From NCBI GenBank assembly GCA_050173015.1, contig JBFXLE010000012.1, positions 32,001-96,000 on the forward strand: a DNA stretch of 64,000 bases, written 5' to 3'. This document shows, one piece after another, positions 10,295 through 19,579 of the stretch. Each line of letters starts with the position of its first letter. Positions within the stretch are counted from its first letter, which is position 1. The translations under genes and the position numbers were made by a program. This stretch comes from Calditrichaceae bacterium. GTDB taxonomy: Bacteria; Calditrichota; Calditrichia; Calditrichales; JBFXGD01. A model generated the notes under the pieces. It searched no databases, was not told where the DNA came from, and saw only the letters and a list, made by a program, of their open reading frames with translations.

Positions 10295-10433
10295 ATTTCT
10301 TTTTTTACTTCCCGCTAATCCCTTTTCACTACTTTCAAGTACTTCAGTCAAACAGTTCATGTAATTGGTTTTATTAAAAAAATAGATTATATTTAATGTT
10401 AAAATAAATAAATACATAATTTAGAGATAATAA

Positions 10434-12185
10434 GTGGATTCAAAAAAATCAGAGAAGAATCTAATCCTTGATGGCATCGCTGTGTCGAACGGGATAGGTA
10501 TCGGCGAAATAAATATTTATCATACTGATTTTGACGATATCTCTGAATACACGCTGGAAACAACTAAAATTGTTGACGAACTGGAACGTTATCTGGCAGC
10601 TGTGAATGAGGTTAACCTCATCTTTCTCAATAATAAACAACGTGTAGCAAGAGATTTAGGCACAAAGCACGCGGAAATCTATGACACTTATCATATGATT
10701 ATCGAAGATCCGTTTTTTCAGGAAGAAATACCTGACACGATAAAGTCTGAAGCTAAAAATGCGGAAGCGATCATCCACAAAAAATTATCTCTGTATGAAA
10801 AGCACTTTGCGAACGTAAAAGATGAATATCTCCGTGAAAGAATATTTGACATACGCGGAGTGAGCAGACGGCTGATTTTTCATTTGCTACAACATGGCGT
10901 CGCTGATGAACTTAACAATAACAAGTCAAACCTGATTTTTGCCAGAGAATTGACTCCCGCTGATTCGATTCATTTTCATCATCGATTACTTAAGGGCATT
11001 GTTACAGAGTTTGGCGGAAAAACAAGTCACGCAGCGATTCTTGCCAGATCAATAGAGGTGCCGGCGATAGTAGGAGTGTCCAGTCTCCTGAAACAGGTTA
11101 ACTCTGGAGATACAGCCATTGTTGATGCCATAAACGGAAAATTAATCATTAGACCCGATAAAGAGGTGCTTTCTGAATACCGTGATAAACACAGGAAATT
11201 TCTTGCCCGACGTAACAAGCTAAAAAAGTTTGTCAAACAACCCCTGACAATGCTAGGGGATAGAAAAATTCAGCTTCAGGCAAATATTAACGAACCTTCG
11301 GAAATAGATCTTGCCCATAAATATAACGCCGGAGGGGTCGGTTTATTCAGAACGGAATTAAGCTTCATCGCGAAGGAATCTTTTTTAAGTGAAAACGAAC
11401 AATTCAGAATATACAGGAATGTTCTTGAAAAATTCCCGGAACAGGAAGTTGTAATTCGCGTCCTTGATCTCGGAGGCGATAAATTTTTACCGTTCACTGA
11501 ACTGCATAGAGAATTAAATCCGTTTCTTGGGTGGCGATCCATCCGAATTCTCTTAAGTGAAGTGGAAATTTTCAAAACACAGTTAAGAGCGATCATAAAA
11601 GCTTCCCATTACGGTCATGCAAAAATCATGATTCCTATGATTTCCAGCCTGGAAGAAATAATCGCCGCAAAGAAAATTATCAATGGCGTTAAAGATGATC
11701 TACGCAGGGAAAATGTTCCTTTTAACGAAAACATCCCTGTGGGAATCATGGTTGAAATTCCGTCGGCCGCGCTTTTAATTGATTCGCTAATCAATGAAAT
11801 TGACTTTGTCAGCATCGGCACGAATGACCTGATTCAATACACATTGGCGGTTGACCGCAACAATGAAAAAGTGGCGGAATTCTATCAGCCCTTAAATCCG
11901 GCTATTCTACATCTTATCCATACCGTGGCTAAAACAGGCGCGCGATCTGACAAACCTGTTTCTGTCTGCGGGGAAATGGCGGGGGACCCGCTCTATACTC
12001 AATTGTTGCTGAGTCTGGGGGTTAACACTTTAAGCATGCAGCCTTCATCCATTCCAATGATAAAAAATATTCTGCTCCATACTCAGCCGGAAGTGCTTGC
12101 TGAAATTGCTGAACGGGCGTTTACATTTAGCGAAGTAAAAAATCTACGTGAATATTTATACTCACATATAGAGAGTTTGCTTTGA
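10434..12185 (+). CDS. ptsI: PEP-protein phosphotransferase (PTS enzyme I)
   Basis: GGKTSHAAILARS (phospho-His), GVGLFRTE, NPFLGWR, SIGTNDLIQY, CGEMAGD. Confidence 0.95.
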   Translation: MDSKKSEKNLILDGIAVSNGIGIGEINIYHTDFDDISEYTLETTKIVDELERYLAAVNEVNLIFLNNKQRVARDLGTKHAEIYDTYHMIIEDPFFQEEIPDTIKSEAKNAEAIIHKKLSLYEKHFANVKDEYLRERIFDIRGVSRRLIFHLLQHGVADELNNNKSNLIFARELTPADSIHFHHRLLKGIVTEFGGKTSHAAILARSIEVPAIVGVSSLLKQVNSGDTAIVDAINGKLIIRPDKEVLSEYRDKHRKFLARRNKLKKFVKQPLTMLGDRKIQLQANINEPSEIDLAHKYNAGGVGLFRTELSFIAKESFLSENEQFRIYRNVLEKFPEQEVVIRVLDLGGDKFLPFTELHRELNPFLGWRSIRILLSEVEIFKTQLRAIIKASHYGHAKIMIPMISSLEEIIAAKKIINGVKDDLRRENVPFNENIPVGIMVEIPSAALLIDSLINEIDFVSIGTNDLIQYTLAVDRNNEKVAEFYQPLNPAILHLIHTVAKTGARSDKPVSVCGEMAGDPLYTQLLLSLGVNTLSMQPSSIPMIKNILLHTQPEVLAEIAERAFTFSEVKNLREYLYSHIESLL

Positions 12186-12214
12186 TGGGAATATTTTAAG
12201 AAAAGAGAGGAACT

Positions 12215-12568
12215 ATGTTACGAAACGCGGTTATCCGCTGGCTTATTAATTCAGCGGCATTGTGGGTGGTTGATGTTATGTTTGACGGGATTTGGTTTGA
12301 CAGCACGGGAGCACTGCTTATCGCGGCGCTGATTTTGGGACTTTTAAATACCTTGCTCAAGCCAGTACTGATTTTATTCACCCTGCCGATAAATTTTATG
12401 ACACTGGGACTTTTCACCATTGTTATTAACGCTATTATTTTGGAATTAACCAATTTTTGGCTTGATAGTTTTCATATTTCAGGTTTCGGAGTGGCTTTAT
12501 TAGCGGCGATTCTCATCAGTATTGTCAGCATTCTTCTGCAAAACCTGCTCAAGGACGATCGCTCCTAA
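12215..12568 (+). CDS. YvlD/phage-holin-4-like 4-TM membrane protein
   Basis: LNTLLKPVLILFTLPINFMTLGLF motif. Confidence 0.85.
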   Translation: MLRNAVIRWLINSAALWVVDVMFDGIWFDSTGALLIAALILGLLNTLLKPVLILFTLPINFMTLGLFTIVINAIILELTNFWLDSFHISGFGVALLAAILISIVSILLQNLLKDDRS

Positions 12569-12585
12569 TAACATCACAGAACGGT

Positions 12586-13812
12586 CTATCTCGTCAGAGC
12601 CGGATTGTGAAGGATATAGCCGTTTGAATCCATCCGGTATTTTCTCTTCAGTTCCAGCGTATCGGCCGGAAGAAGCGCCATAAATCCGAATCTCTCCCTG
12701 ATATCGTCAATTGCTGTATTAAGAGCCTCCATGCGCGTTTTTTCATCAAACAGATAAGACTGAAATCCACAAGGCTCGACTTGTCCCGCGGTGACTCCCA
12801 CATGGCGTATGCGTATCCTGCGAAAGCGGATTTCTTCAAAAATACGGCTGACGGCGATGAACAGATCCTTTCCGTCATCTGATGGATGAGTCAGGCTCAG
12901 GCTCCGGGCATGGCGGGTGAAATCGGAATAGCCGATTTTTACCGTCAACATTCGGCAAACCAGATCCTGTTCCCGTAATTTTTTCGCGATCCGTTCCGTA
13001 AGATATTGAAGAGTTCCCTTTACAATTGACATATCAGATGTGTCTTCTTCAAAACTTGTTTCCCTGCTCAATTGTCGCGGAATTATACGAATTTTTACTT
13101 CCCGGTCATCGATGCCGTTCGCGAGCTCCCACATTTTGATGCCGTTTTTTCCGAATAGTTGCTCAAGGATTAGTTTTGACAGGCGCGCCAAGCTTCCAAC
13201 GGTAAAAATGTGTAAATCGGTCAGTTTCTCTTTGGTCATCCTGCCGATGCCGGGTAAAACATCAACAGGCAGACCGTTTAAAAATTCATTCTCCTTATCA
13301 AAAGGAATTTGCGCGATCCCCCGTGGTTTATTCAGGCCGGATGCAATACGCGCAATGGTTTTCGTGCTGCCGATACCTACGGACAGGCCCACTCCCACTT
13401 TTTGCCAGACTTCTTCGGTAATATTTTTGGCTATTTGTATCGGCGCCGGATGCAGATGCAATGTCCCCGTTAAGTCAAGATACGCGTCATCCAGAGATGT
13501 AAATTCAACTAAGGGTGTGTATTTTAGATAGACATTATGAAAAACTTCAGAAACAGCGCGGTAGTGGTCATAATTGCCTTTCAGAAATACGGCATTCGGG
13601 CAGATGCCTTTTGCTCGCGTAAGTGGCATACCGGTGCGGATACCGTGGGCGCGGGCTTCGTAGCTGGCAGTATGCACGACGCCGCGTTGATCTGCCCTTC
13701 CGCCGACAATAACGGGTCTGTCGCGTAAAAGTGGATTAAATCCCTGTTCGACCGACGCGAAAAAGGCGTCCGCGTCAATATGCATTATGGTGCGATGCTG
13801 TCTTTTTATCAT
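12586..13812 (-). CDS. dinB: Y-family DNA polymerase (DinB/Pol IV-like)
   Basis: HIDADAFFASVE, SYEAR, SLDDAYLD, LPGIG; QSYLF clamp-like motif. Confidence 0.93.
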   Translation of the reverse strand: MIKRQHRTIMHIDADAFFASVEQGFNPLLRDRPVIVGGRADQRGVVHTASYEARAHGIRTGMPLTRAKGICPNAVFLKGNYDHYRAVSEVFHNVYLKYTPLVEFTSLDDAYLDLTGTLHLHPAPIQIAKNITEEVWQKVGVGLSVGIGSTKTIARIASGLNKPRGIAQIPFDKENEFLNGLPVDVLPGIGRMTKEKLTDLHIFTVGSLARLSKLILEQLFGKNGIKMWELANGIDDREVKIRIIPRQLSRETSFEEDTSDMSIVKGTLQYLTERIAKKLREQDLVCRMLTVKIGYSDFTRHARSLSLTHPSDDGKDLFIAVSRIFEEIRFRRIRIRHVGVTAGQVEPCGFQSYLFDEKTRMEALNTAIDDIRERFGFMALLPADTLELKRKYRMDSNGYILHNPALTR

Positions 13813-13849
13813 AATTAAAAAGTACGAAAATTTTTAACCGGCATTAAAT

Positions 13850-14104
13850 TCACCCCTGTAAACAGACGCGGGCAATTTGCCATTCAAGGCTGGAATCTTC
13901 AAAAAGTAATTCAAAATAGTCGGAACTGTCGGCGATAATGGAAAAATGGTATTGTTTGTTGTGCCCCTGGTGACTGACCCAATGACCATTGAGTTGATTG
14001 ATTTTGTAAACCCGGCCATTCCATTTGAAGCGCAGCGGTTTCATCTGTCCTTCCTTAAAATAGCCTATTACCTCAATGGGCTCGAAAATATCCTCAAAAA
14101 TCAT
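13850..14104 (-). CDS. Small beta-rich protein, DUF6504-like, upstream of dinB
   Basis: PLRFKWNGRVYKI...W...FELLFE...W pattern; lies between an SOS-type promoter and dinB. Confidence 0.7.
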   Translation of the reverse strand: MIFEDIFEPIEVIGYFKEGQMKPLRFKWNGRVYKINQLNGHWVSHQGHNKQYHFSIIADSSDYFELLFEDSSLEWQIARVCLQG

Positions 14105-14138
14105 CTTAATCCCGCGACTAAATTTTATTTCATTAAAA

Positions 14139-14152
14139 TGTACAAACGTACA
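14139..14152. promoter_or_regulatory. Putative LexA operator TGTAC-AAAC-GTACA
   Basis: Inverted repeat 4 bp downstream of the -10 of the small-gene/dinB promoter; same motif occurs upstream of lexA. Confidence 0.8.
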
Positions 14153-14156
14153 CCAG

Positions 14157-14185
14157 AATATATAAAGTCATCTTTAAAAATGCAA
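14157..14185 (-). promoter_or_regulatory. Sigma70-type promoter TTGCAT-N17-TATATT for the DUF6504-like gene and dinB
   Basis: Hexamers and 17 bp spacer read directly from the minus strand. Confidence 0.6.
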
Positions 14186-14306
14186 TCAAAAAACGAAAAA
14201 AAGAGATCCAGGGATGTAAAAAAACTCAGCTTGTATAAACTGATGAGGATGATGATAAAGAATTTAGATAGCTGTCAGGACGAAAAAATGTAACGAATAG
14301 AAACTT

Positions 14307-14759
14307 TCAAAGTTCTCTGATGACAGTGACAACTTTGCCGATAAGTTCAAAGTCAGGAGTGCGCGGATCGACAATGAGAGGAGATACGGAGGCATCGGCT
14401 GTTTCAAGCCGGATGAGATGCTTGTCATAATATATTTTCCGGACGTAAATGCGGTGTCCCAGCTTGATGACGCCGATATCGCCATTGTGAAGCTGAGGAG
14501 TCAGGTTGACCGTAAGAAAATCACCGGAAAGAATGCCCGCATTGGAAAGTCCGTTGTCAATGGCTTTAAGCGTGATGGATCTTGTATCGTTTTCCTTAAA
14601 ATTACTGATGATCTCACCAATATTATAATTCCCGTTGGTATGAAAGTTATTCTCCATGCGAACTTCGCCAAGAAGCGGGATATTATAAAATTCAGAGTTA
14701 AGACCGGAATCTTCGGCCCGATATACACCTTTCAAGATAAATAAATCCCTTTTGTTCAT
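14307..14759 (-). CDS. LexA/UmuD S24 peptidase-like protein lacking HTH, catalytically degenerate
   Basis: Aligns by eye to the C-domain of the neighbouring LexA: IPLLGEV/VPLIGRV, NGLSNAGILSGD/DSMINAGILEDD, VRKI/VKRL, LIGKVVTVIRE/IQGRVIGLIRE. Confidence 0.75.
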   Translation of the reverse strand: MNKRDLFILKGVYRAEDSGLNSEFYNIPLLGEVRMENNFHTNGNYNIGEIISNFKENDTRSITLKAIDNGLSNAGILSGDFLTVNLTPQLHNGDIGVIKLGHRIYVRKIYYDKHLIRLETADASVSPLIVDPRTPDFELIGKVVTVIREL

Positions 14760-14810
14760 GATAACTAAGAGTAAATTTAATATCAGATAAAATTAAAATA
14801 CAAACTCCTG

Positions 14811-15428
14811 TTAATGTACCATCTCCCGGATGAGACCGATGACCCGACCTTGAATTGACCAGTCGCTCTGCGGGTATATATCACTGTATCCGGGATTTTC
14901 AGCCTTCAGAAATGGCTTCCCCGTATCGGTGATCAGCCTTTTTACCGTGACTTCATCTTCAATAAGGGCCACTACGATATCTTTGTTGGCGGCTGTATTG
15001 CATGACTGCACCACAACCAGATCATCTTCCAAAATTCCGGCGTTTATCATACTGTCGCCGCGCACTTTTAAGGCAAAATACCGGCCTTCCAGTTTGATCA
15101 TCGCTCTTGGGATGGGTATATAACGCTCGACATTTTCCTGGGCAAGAATCGGGAAACCCGCCGCAACACGGCCAATCAGTGGCACATCCACATCGGTACC
15201 GGAATTCGGAGCATATTCCGGATCAATAATTTTCAAAGTGCGCGCGGATGAATCCTTTTCCAGGTAACCCTTAGCGATGAGCGCGTCAATATGCTTCAAG
15301 ATGGCGTATTTTGATTTGATCTTAAGGGTATCCGCCAGCTCCTGATAAGTGGGCGCGTATCCTTTTTCTTCAATATGGCGGGCAATTAACCGCAGAATTT
15401 CTTTCTGCCTGTCAGTAAGTCCTTTCAT
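14811..15428 (-). CDS. lexA: SOS repressor LexA
   Basis: LTDRQKEIL wHTH, VAAG cleavage site, GDSM (catalytic Ser), TVKR (catalytic Lys); ATG at 15428 follows an AAGGGGG RBS. Confidence 0.96.
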   Translation of the reverse strand: MKGLTDRQKEILRLIARHIEEKGYAPTYQELADTLKIKSKYAILKHIDALIAKGYLEKDSSARTLKIIDPEYAPNSGTDVDVPLIGRVAAGFPILAQENVERYIPIPRAMIKLEGRYFALKVRGDSMINAGILEDDLVVVQSCNTAANKDIVVALIEDEVTVKRLITDTGKPFLKAENPGYSDIYPQSDWSIQGRVIGLIREMVH

Positions 15429-15446
15429 GGAAACCCCCTTGTTAAA

Positions 15447-15460
15447 TGTACTAAAGTACA
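15447..15460. promoter_or_regulatory. Putative LexA operator TGTAC-TAAA-GTACA
   Basis: Inverted repeat between the -10 and the RBS of lexA. Confidence 0.82.
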
Positions 15461-15463
15461 CCA

Positions 15464-15492
15464 AAAATAAATATTAACAGAGGGGAAATCAA
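15464..15492 (-). promoter_or_regulatory. Sigma70-type promoter TTGATT-N17-TATTTT for lexA
   Basis: Hexamers with 17 bp spacer, immediately upstream of the operator. Confidence 0.5.
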
Positions 15493-15532
15493 GAAAAAAA
15501 TTTAATTAAATCAATTTAGTTAAAAAGAGGAC

Positions 15533-16243
15533 TCATCCGGATACTAATTTGATAAAATATGATTCAAAAGATTGATTTTGTTCAATTTCGGAAATCTCTT
15601 GGGCGTTAAAAATTTTCGCCACCCGGCCATTATTCAAAATAATAACAGGATCGCACCATTGCTGAATAAGAGACAGGATATGTGATGATATTATGACGAT
15701 TTTATTCAAGGCGGCTTGCTCCATAAGGTAATTTTTTAATTTATACAGAGAAACCGGGTCCAGTCCGTTCAGCGCTTCGTCAAGGATTAAAAAATCCGGT
15801 TTACCGATTAGCGCGGCGGCAATAGACAGTTTTTGCTTCATTCCGTGTGAATAATTTATGACAAGCTCATCCGCTTTGTCGTTGATGCCGTGTAGATTAA
15901 GTAAAAAATCTATCTCTTTTTGAGTATCAGTTGATTTTCTTATTTTCGCGATTAATTCCAAAAATTCACGGCCGGTAAGATACGGAAGCAATTCGGCATC
16001 TTCGGGAGCATAACCACAGTTTTGTTTAATCCGGAAGCGATTCTTGTTTAACTCCTTTCCGCGAAATTCGATCGTGCCGGAATACCCGCTGATCAACCCG
16101 ACCGCGGCTTTCAGAAGTGAACTTTTTCCCGCCCCGTTCCGGCCGATGAGTCCTGTCAATTTTCCTGGCGGAAAATCCAGACTAAGATCTTTTACGGCCT
16201 CCCGTGTTTCATAGGTGATGGTTACATTCTTAATCGATAACAT
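15533..16243 (-). CDS. ABC transporter ATP-binding protein
   Basis: GRNGAGKS Walker A, YSHGMKQK signature, ILDE Walker B, SSH; ATG at 16243 after GAGG. Confidence 0.92.
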   Translation of the reverse strand: MLSIKNVTITYETREAVKDLSLDFPPGKLTGLIGRNGAGKSSLLKAAVGLISGYSGTIEFRGKELNKNRFRIKQNCGYAPEDAELLPYLTGREFLELIAKIRKSTDTQKEIDFLLNLHGINDKADELVINYSHGMKQKLSIAAALIGKPDFLILDEALNGLDPVSLYKLKNYLMEQAALNKIVIISSHILSLIQQWCDPVIILNNGRVAKIFNAQEISEIEQNQSFESYFIKLVSG

Positions 16244-16250
16244 TATTGCC

Positions 16251-17585
16251 TCACGAGTTAAAAAAGCGCCGGCTTTTATAAAAATAGAAAAACAAAAGCC
16301 CCATGCCGATAACCGGTCCAATAAACCGGTCATTAAGGGATAAAATTACAATAAAAATGACGGTAAAATGATATGCAAAACCCGCCAGCCTTGGTTCATT
16401 ATAAAACATGATCTGAAAATTAAGCATGGCTGATAAAATCATCGCTGAAAAAATCAACACTACGCCTATCAGATTCAGCTGACCGGGTAAAGGCGTGTTA
16501 ACTATGATTAAAAATGCCCAATAGGTGAATAGGATGAGTATGATGAAAATAAATTCTACCATAAATTTAGCCAGCCAGATTTGATAAAATCTAAAAGGGA
16601 GTGTACTGAAATACCAATCAGGGTCAGGAAGAACATATTTATCATTGAAACTGTTGCTGTAATGCAGCCAGATAACGGTTAACACCCATATGGTCAACCA
16701 CATATCGGCGTTTTCCATTTCTAAATTGTACATAATAATCAGGACAGCGGTGTAGCTGATATAGGTAAAAAATTTAAGTCGGCGGTATTTAGGGTTTCGC
16801 CAGAGGCTGAGTAGTTCTTTGTTAAAAAGCGCCTGAATCAGATCGGGGAATATTTTTGGAATATTCATAAAAGTGAACGTACCGGCTTCTTTTCTCCGGA
16901 AGGAAAGCGCCGTCACAGGGAAAATTAATTCAAGATCCACAGATTTATTTGCGGAGTGGATCCTTAATATGGCTATCGTGAGTAAAAGCAGGAATATAAT
17001 ATCTACGACAAAAGCATAAAAGCTAAAATAATATGCCACTATATAAACAGCTGTGTAACCCGTCGTAACGAAAGTTGTGATGGTCAGGTATATTTTTTGC
17101 GCTTTTAACCTGAAAAGCAATTCGAGATGAAAAATATAAAATAGTGCGTAAAATATTACAAAAAGCGCGGCAGCATAGGATGAAAGAAGGAAGCCGGATG
17201 AAAAAATCAGCGATGTTACCACCGGTAAGAAAAGAATCACAAAAATTATCTGATATTTTTGTGAAAAATAGAGAATGACTGCTGAAATTTCATTTGCAGA
17301 AAGCGGTTTCCCGTAAAACGGCTTCAGGCCCTTTTGTCGGGGTACCAGATACATCATTATAAATGGACCGCTTATAATGGCCAAAATAATAAACAAATGG
17401 GTCAAAAGATCAGTCAACGCAAAGGGTGATATTTCCGATTCTGCGATCAGGGAACCGAAATATTGACGGAGCCGATCGGATAAATAAATATACACAAGGC
17501 CTGAAAGTAAGATCATCTCAATCTTTTGGCGCCGTCCAAGAGTACGCCAGATATGGATGGGTTGTTTTAATAAAAAACGAAGCAT
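16251..17585 (-). CDS. Putative ABC exporter permease
   Basis: Multi-TM protein translationally adjacent to the ATPase; internal KELLSLWRN motif typical of 2x6-TM permeases. Confidence 0.7.
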   Translation of the reverse strand: MLRFLLKQPIHIWRTLGRRQKIEMILLSGLVYIYLSDRLRQYFGSLIAESEISPFALTDLLTHLFIILAIISGPFIMMYLVPRQKGLKPFYGKPLSANEISAVILYFSQKYQIIFVILFLPVVTSLIFSSGFLLSSYAAALFVIFYALFYIFHLELLFRLKAQKIYLTITTFVTTGYTAVYIVAYYFSFYAFVVDIIFLLLLTIAILRIHSANKSVDLELIFPVTALSFRRKEAGTFTFMNIPKIFPDLIQALFNKELLSLWRNPKYRRLKFFTYISYTAVLIIMYNLEMENADMWLTIWVLTVIWLHYSNSFNDKYVLPDPDWYFSTLPFRFYQIWLAKFMVEFIFIILILFTYWAFLIIVNTPLPGQLNLIGVVLIFSAMILSAMLNFQIMFYNEPRLAGFAYHFTVIFIVILSLNDRFIGPVIGMGLLFFYFYKSRRFFNS

Positions 17586-17759
17586 GTTTGAAAATTACTC
17601 AATTTTAGACGATCACGTAACCATTATTTTTTAAAGATTGCAAGAAATTTTGCCAGTTGCTATTTTATGTTTGTTTACTAATGGTATTGAAAAAAACATG
17701 CCGTTAATATATGGACGGTGGAATATTCCAATCAAATTTCTTTGATGAAAAGAGTTAAA

Positions 17760-18260
17760 ATGAATTTATTGAGAAGAATAAATGACGCCGTCGCAAAAGT
17801 TGAATTAGGGCTGTTGATATTTATCGTTTTGACAATGGTCATCTTAGCATTCATACAGGTACTTTTACGGAATGTTTTTGATCAGGGGATTCTTTGGGGA
17901 GATACCTTTCTCAGACATCTTGTGCTCTGGGTAGGTTTTATCGGGGCATCGCTGGCAACCAGGGACGAAAAACATATTGATATCGACATATTAACACGAT
18001 TCTTGCCCGTCAGAGCAAAATCGGTTGTCCGGATTATTACAAATGTGTTTGCCGGAATAATCTGTTTCATTTTAGGCAAAGCCGGCTTGACCTTTGTGTT
18101 GCAGGAAATAGAGTTCGGCACCATATTATTCAATGATATTCCCGCGTGGTATTTTGAAATTATAATTCCCGTTGGTTTTGCGCTGATGGGTATCCGTTTT
18201 TTTTGTCTTTCCCTGGAGTTAACAATTAAATGGGTTCGGCCTGAGGGAGGGAAGAAATGA
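17760..18260 (+). CDS. dctQ: TRAP transporter small permease (DctQ)
   Basis: 4 TM segments, QVLLRNVF, HIDID; overlaps the dctM start; start codon uncertain (17718-17760). Confidence 0.88.
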   Translation: MNLLRRINDAVAKVELGLLIFIVLTMVILAFIQVLLRNVFDQGILWGDTFLRHLVLWVGFIGASLATRDEKHIDIDILTRFLPVRAKSVVRIITNVFAGIICFILGKAGLTFVLQEIEFGTILFNDIPAWYFEIIIPVGFALMGIRFFCLSLELTIKWVRPEGGKK

Positions 18261-19540
18261 CAGGCATTTTCATCGGTCTGGCGCTGCTTCTGCTCGCTTT
18301 GTTTGGAACGTCCCTTTTTGTGATCATCTCGGCCATTGCGTTGATCGCCTTTTACTTTGCCGGAATTGATTCGACCGCGGTAATTATAGAATTATATCGT
18401 CTTGCCAGTCAACCGGTTTTGCTTGCTATTCCCTTATTTACCTTCGCCGGGTATCTCCTCGCCGAAAGCAATACACCCAAGCGTCTTTTTAATCTGTCAC
18501 GCGCTTTGTTGGGCTGGCTGCCGGGAGGACTGGCTATAGTAACGCTTGTCTCATGCGCCATATTCACCGCGTTTACCGGCGCATCGGGAGTCACAATTGT
18601 AGCGCTGGGCGGATTGCTTTTTCCACTGCTTATCCAGGAAAATTATTCCGAAAAATTCAGTCTGGGGATTCTTACTGCATCGGGAAATCTTGGTCTGCTG
18701 TTTCCACCCAGCCTGCCGATTATTCTGTATGGCCTCGTTTCGGAAACCAGCATCGATAAACTTTTTCTCGCGGGAATTATTCCGGGCGCCCTCATGGTTA
18801 TTCTGCTCTCTGTCTATAGTATCGTTTACATCAAAAAAACTTCTCATGGGCTGAAAAAAACAAAGGTTTCACTCAGGGAATTACTCAAGACCGCCAGGGA
18901 GGCTATCTGGGAAATTCCTTTGCCGGTGATTATCCTGGGCGGTATTTACACCGGTTTTTTTACAGCCACAGAGGCGGCGGCCGTAACCGCGTTTTATGTT
19001 CTTTTCATTGAAGTTGTTATTTACAAGGATATTTCGATTAAAAAAGGTTTGCCCGCGGTCATAAAGGAAAGCATGGTGATGGTCGGCGGGATTCTGGTCA
19101 TTCTCTCGGCAGCGCTGGGACTTGCGAATTATCTGATAGATGCTGAGATACCTATGAGAATATTAGAGGGAATGAAGGGCGTTATCAGTACAAAAATCGG
19201 ATTTTTACTGGTTCTTAATATCTTTTTACTGATTGTAGGGGCGATGATGGATATTTTTTCCGCCATCATGGTTGTGGCGCCGTTAATTATACCGATCGCT
19301 ACAAATTTTGGGGTGGATCCGGTGCACCTGGGTATCATATTTCTCGCCAACCTGGGGATCGGATATTCGACTCCACCGGTAGGGATGAATCTTTTTATCG
19401 CGTCATTCCGATTTGAACAGCCAATAATAAAACTTTACCGGGCGACGATTCCGTTTTTAGTGATACTACTGCTTGCCCTCATTCTTATTACCTATATCCC
19501 GGAGCTAAGTTTGTGGCTTGTGGGAGTTTTTGGAGTATAA
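18257..19540 (+). CDS. dctM: TRAP transporter large permease (DctM)
   Basis: LLAIPLFTFAG, PPSLPIILY, GFFTATEAA, TPPVGMNLF. Confidence 0.95.
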   Translation: MTGIFIGLALLLLALFGTSLFVIISAIALIAFYFAGIDSTAVIIELYRLASQPVLLAIPLFTFAGYLLAESNTPKRLFNLSRALLGWLPGGLAIVTLVSCAIFTAFTGASGVTIVALGGLLFPLLIQENYSEKFSLGILTASGNLGLLFPPSLPIILYGLVSETSIDKLFLAGIIPGALMVILLSVYSIVYIKKTSHGLKKTKVSLRELLKTAREAIWEIPLPVIILGGIYTGFFTATEAAAVTAFYVLFIEVVIYKDISIKKGLPAVIKESMVMVGGILVILSAALGLANYLIDAEIPMRILEGMKGVISTKIGFLLVLNIFLLIVGAMMDIFSAIMVVAPLIIPIATNFGVDPVHLGIIFLANLGIGYSTPPVGMNLFIASFRFEQPIIKLYRATIPFLVILLLALILITYIPELSLWLVGVFGV

Positions 19541-19576
19541 AAAAAAGACGCGAACCCGAATGTGTCCGCGTCTTTT
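19541..19576. terminator. Bidirectional terminator between dctM and the proline dehydrogenase gene
   Basis: AAAAGACGCG...CGCGTCTTTT between convergent genes. Confidence 0.7.
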
Positions 19577-19579
19577 AAA

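Noticed and set aside
12215-12568. Phage-holin-family annotation suggesting a prophage
   Set aside because: YvlD-like proteins are common chromosomal membrane proteins, and no phage genes are nearby
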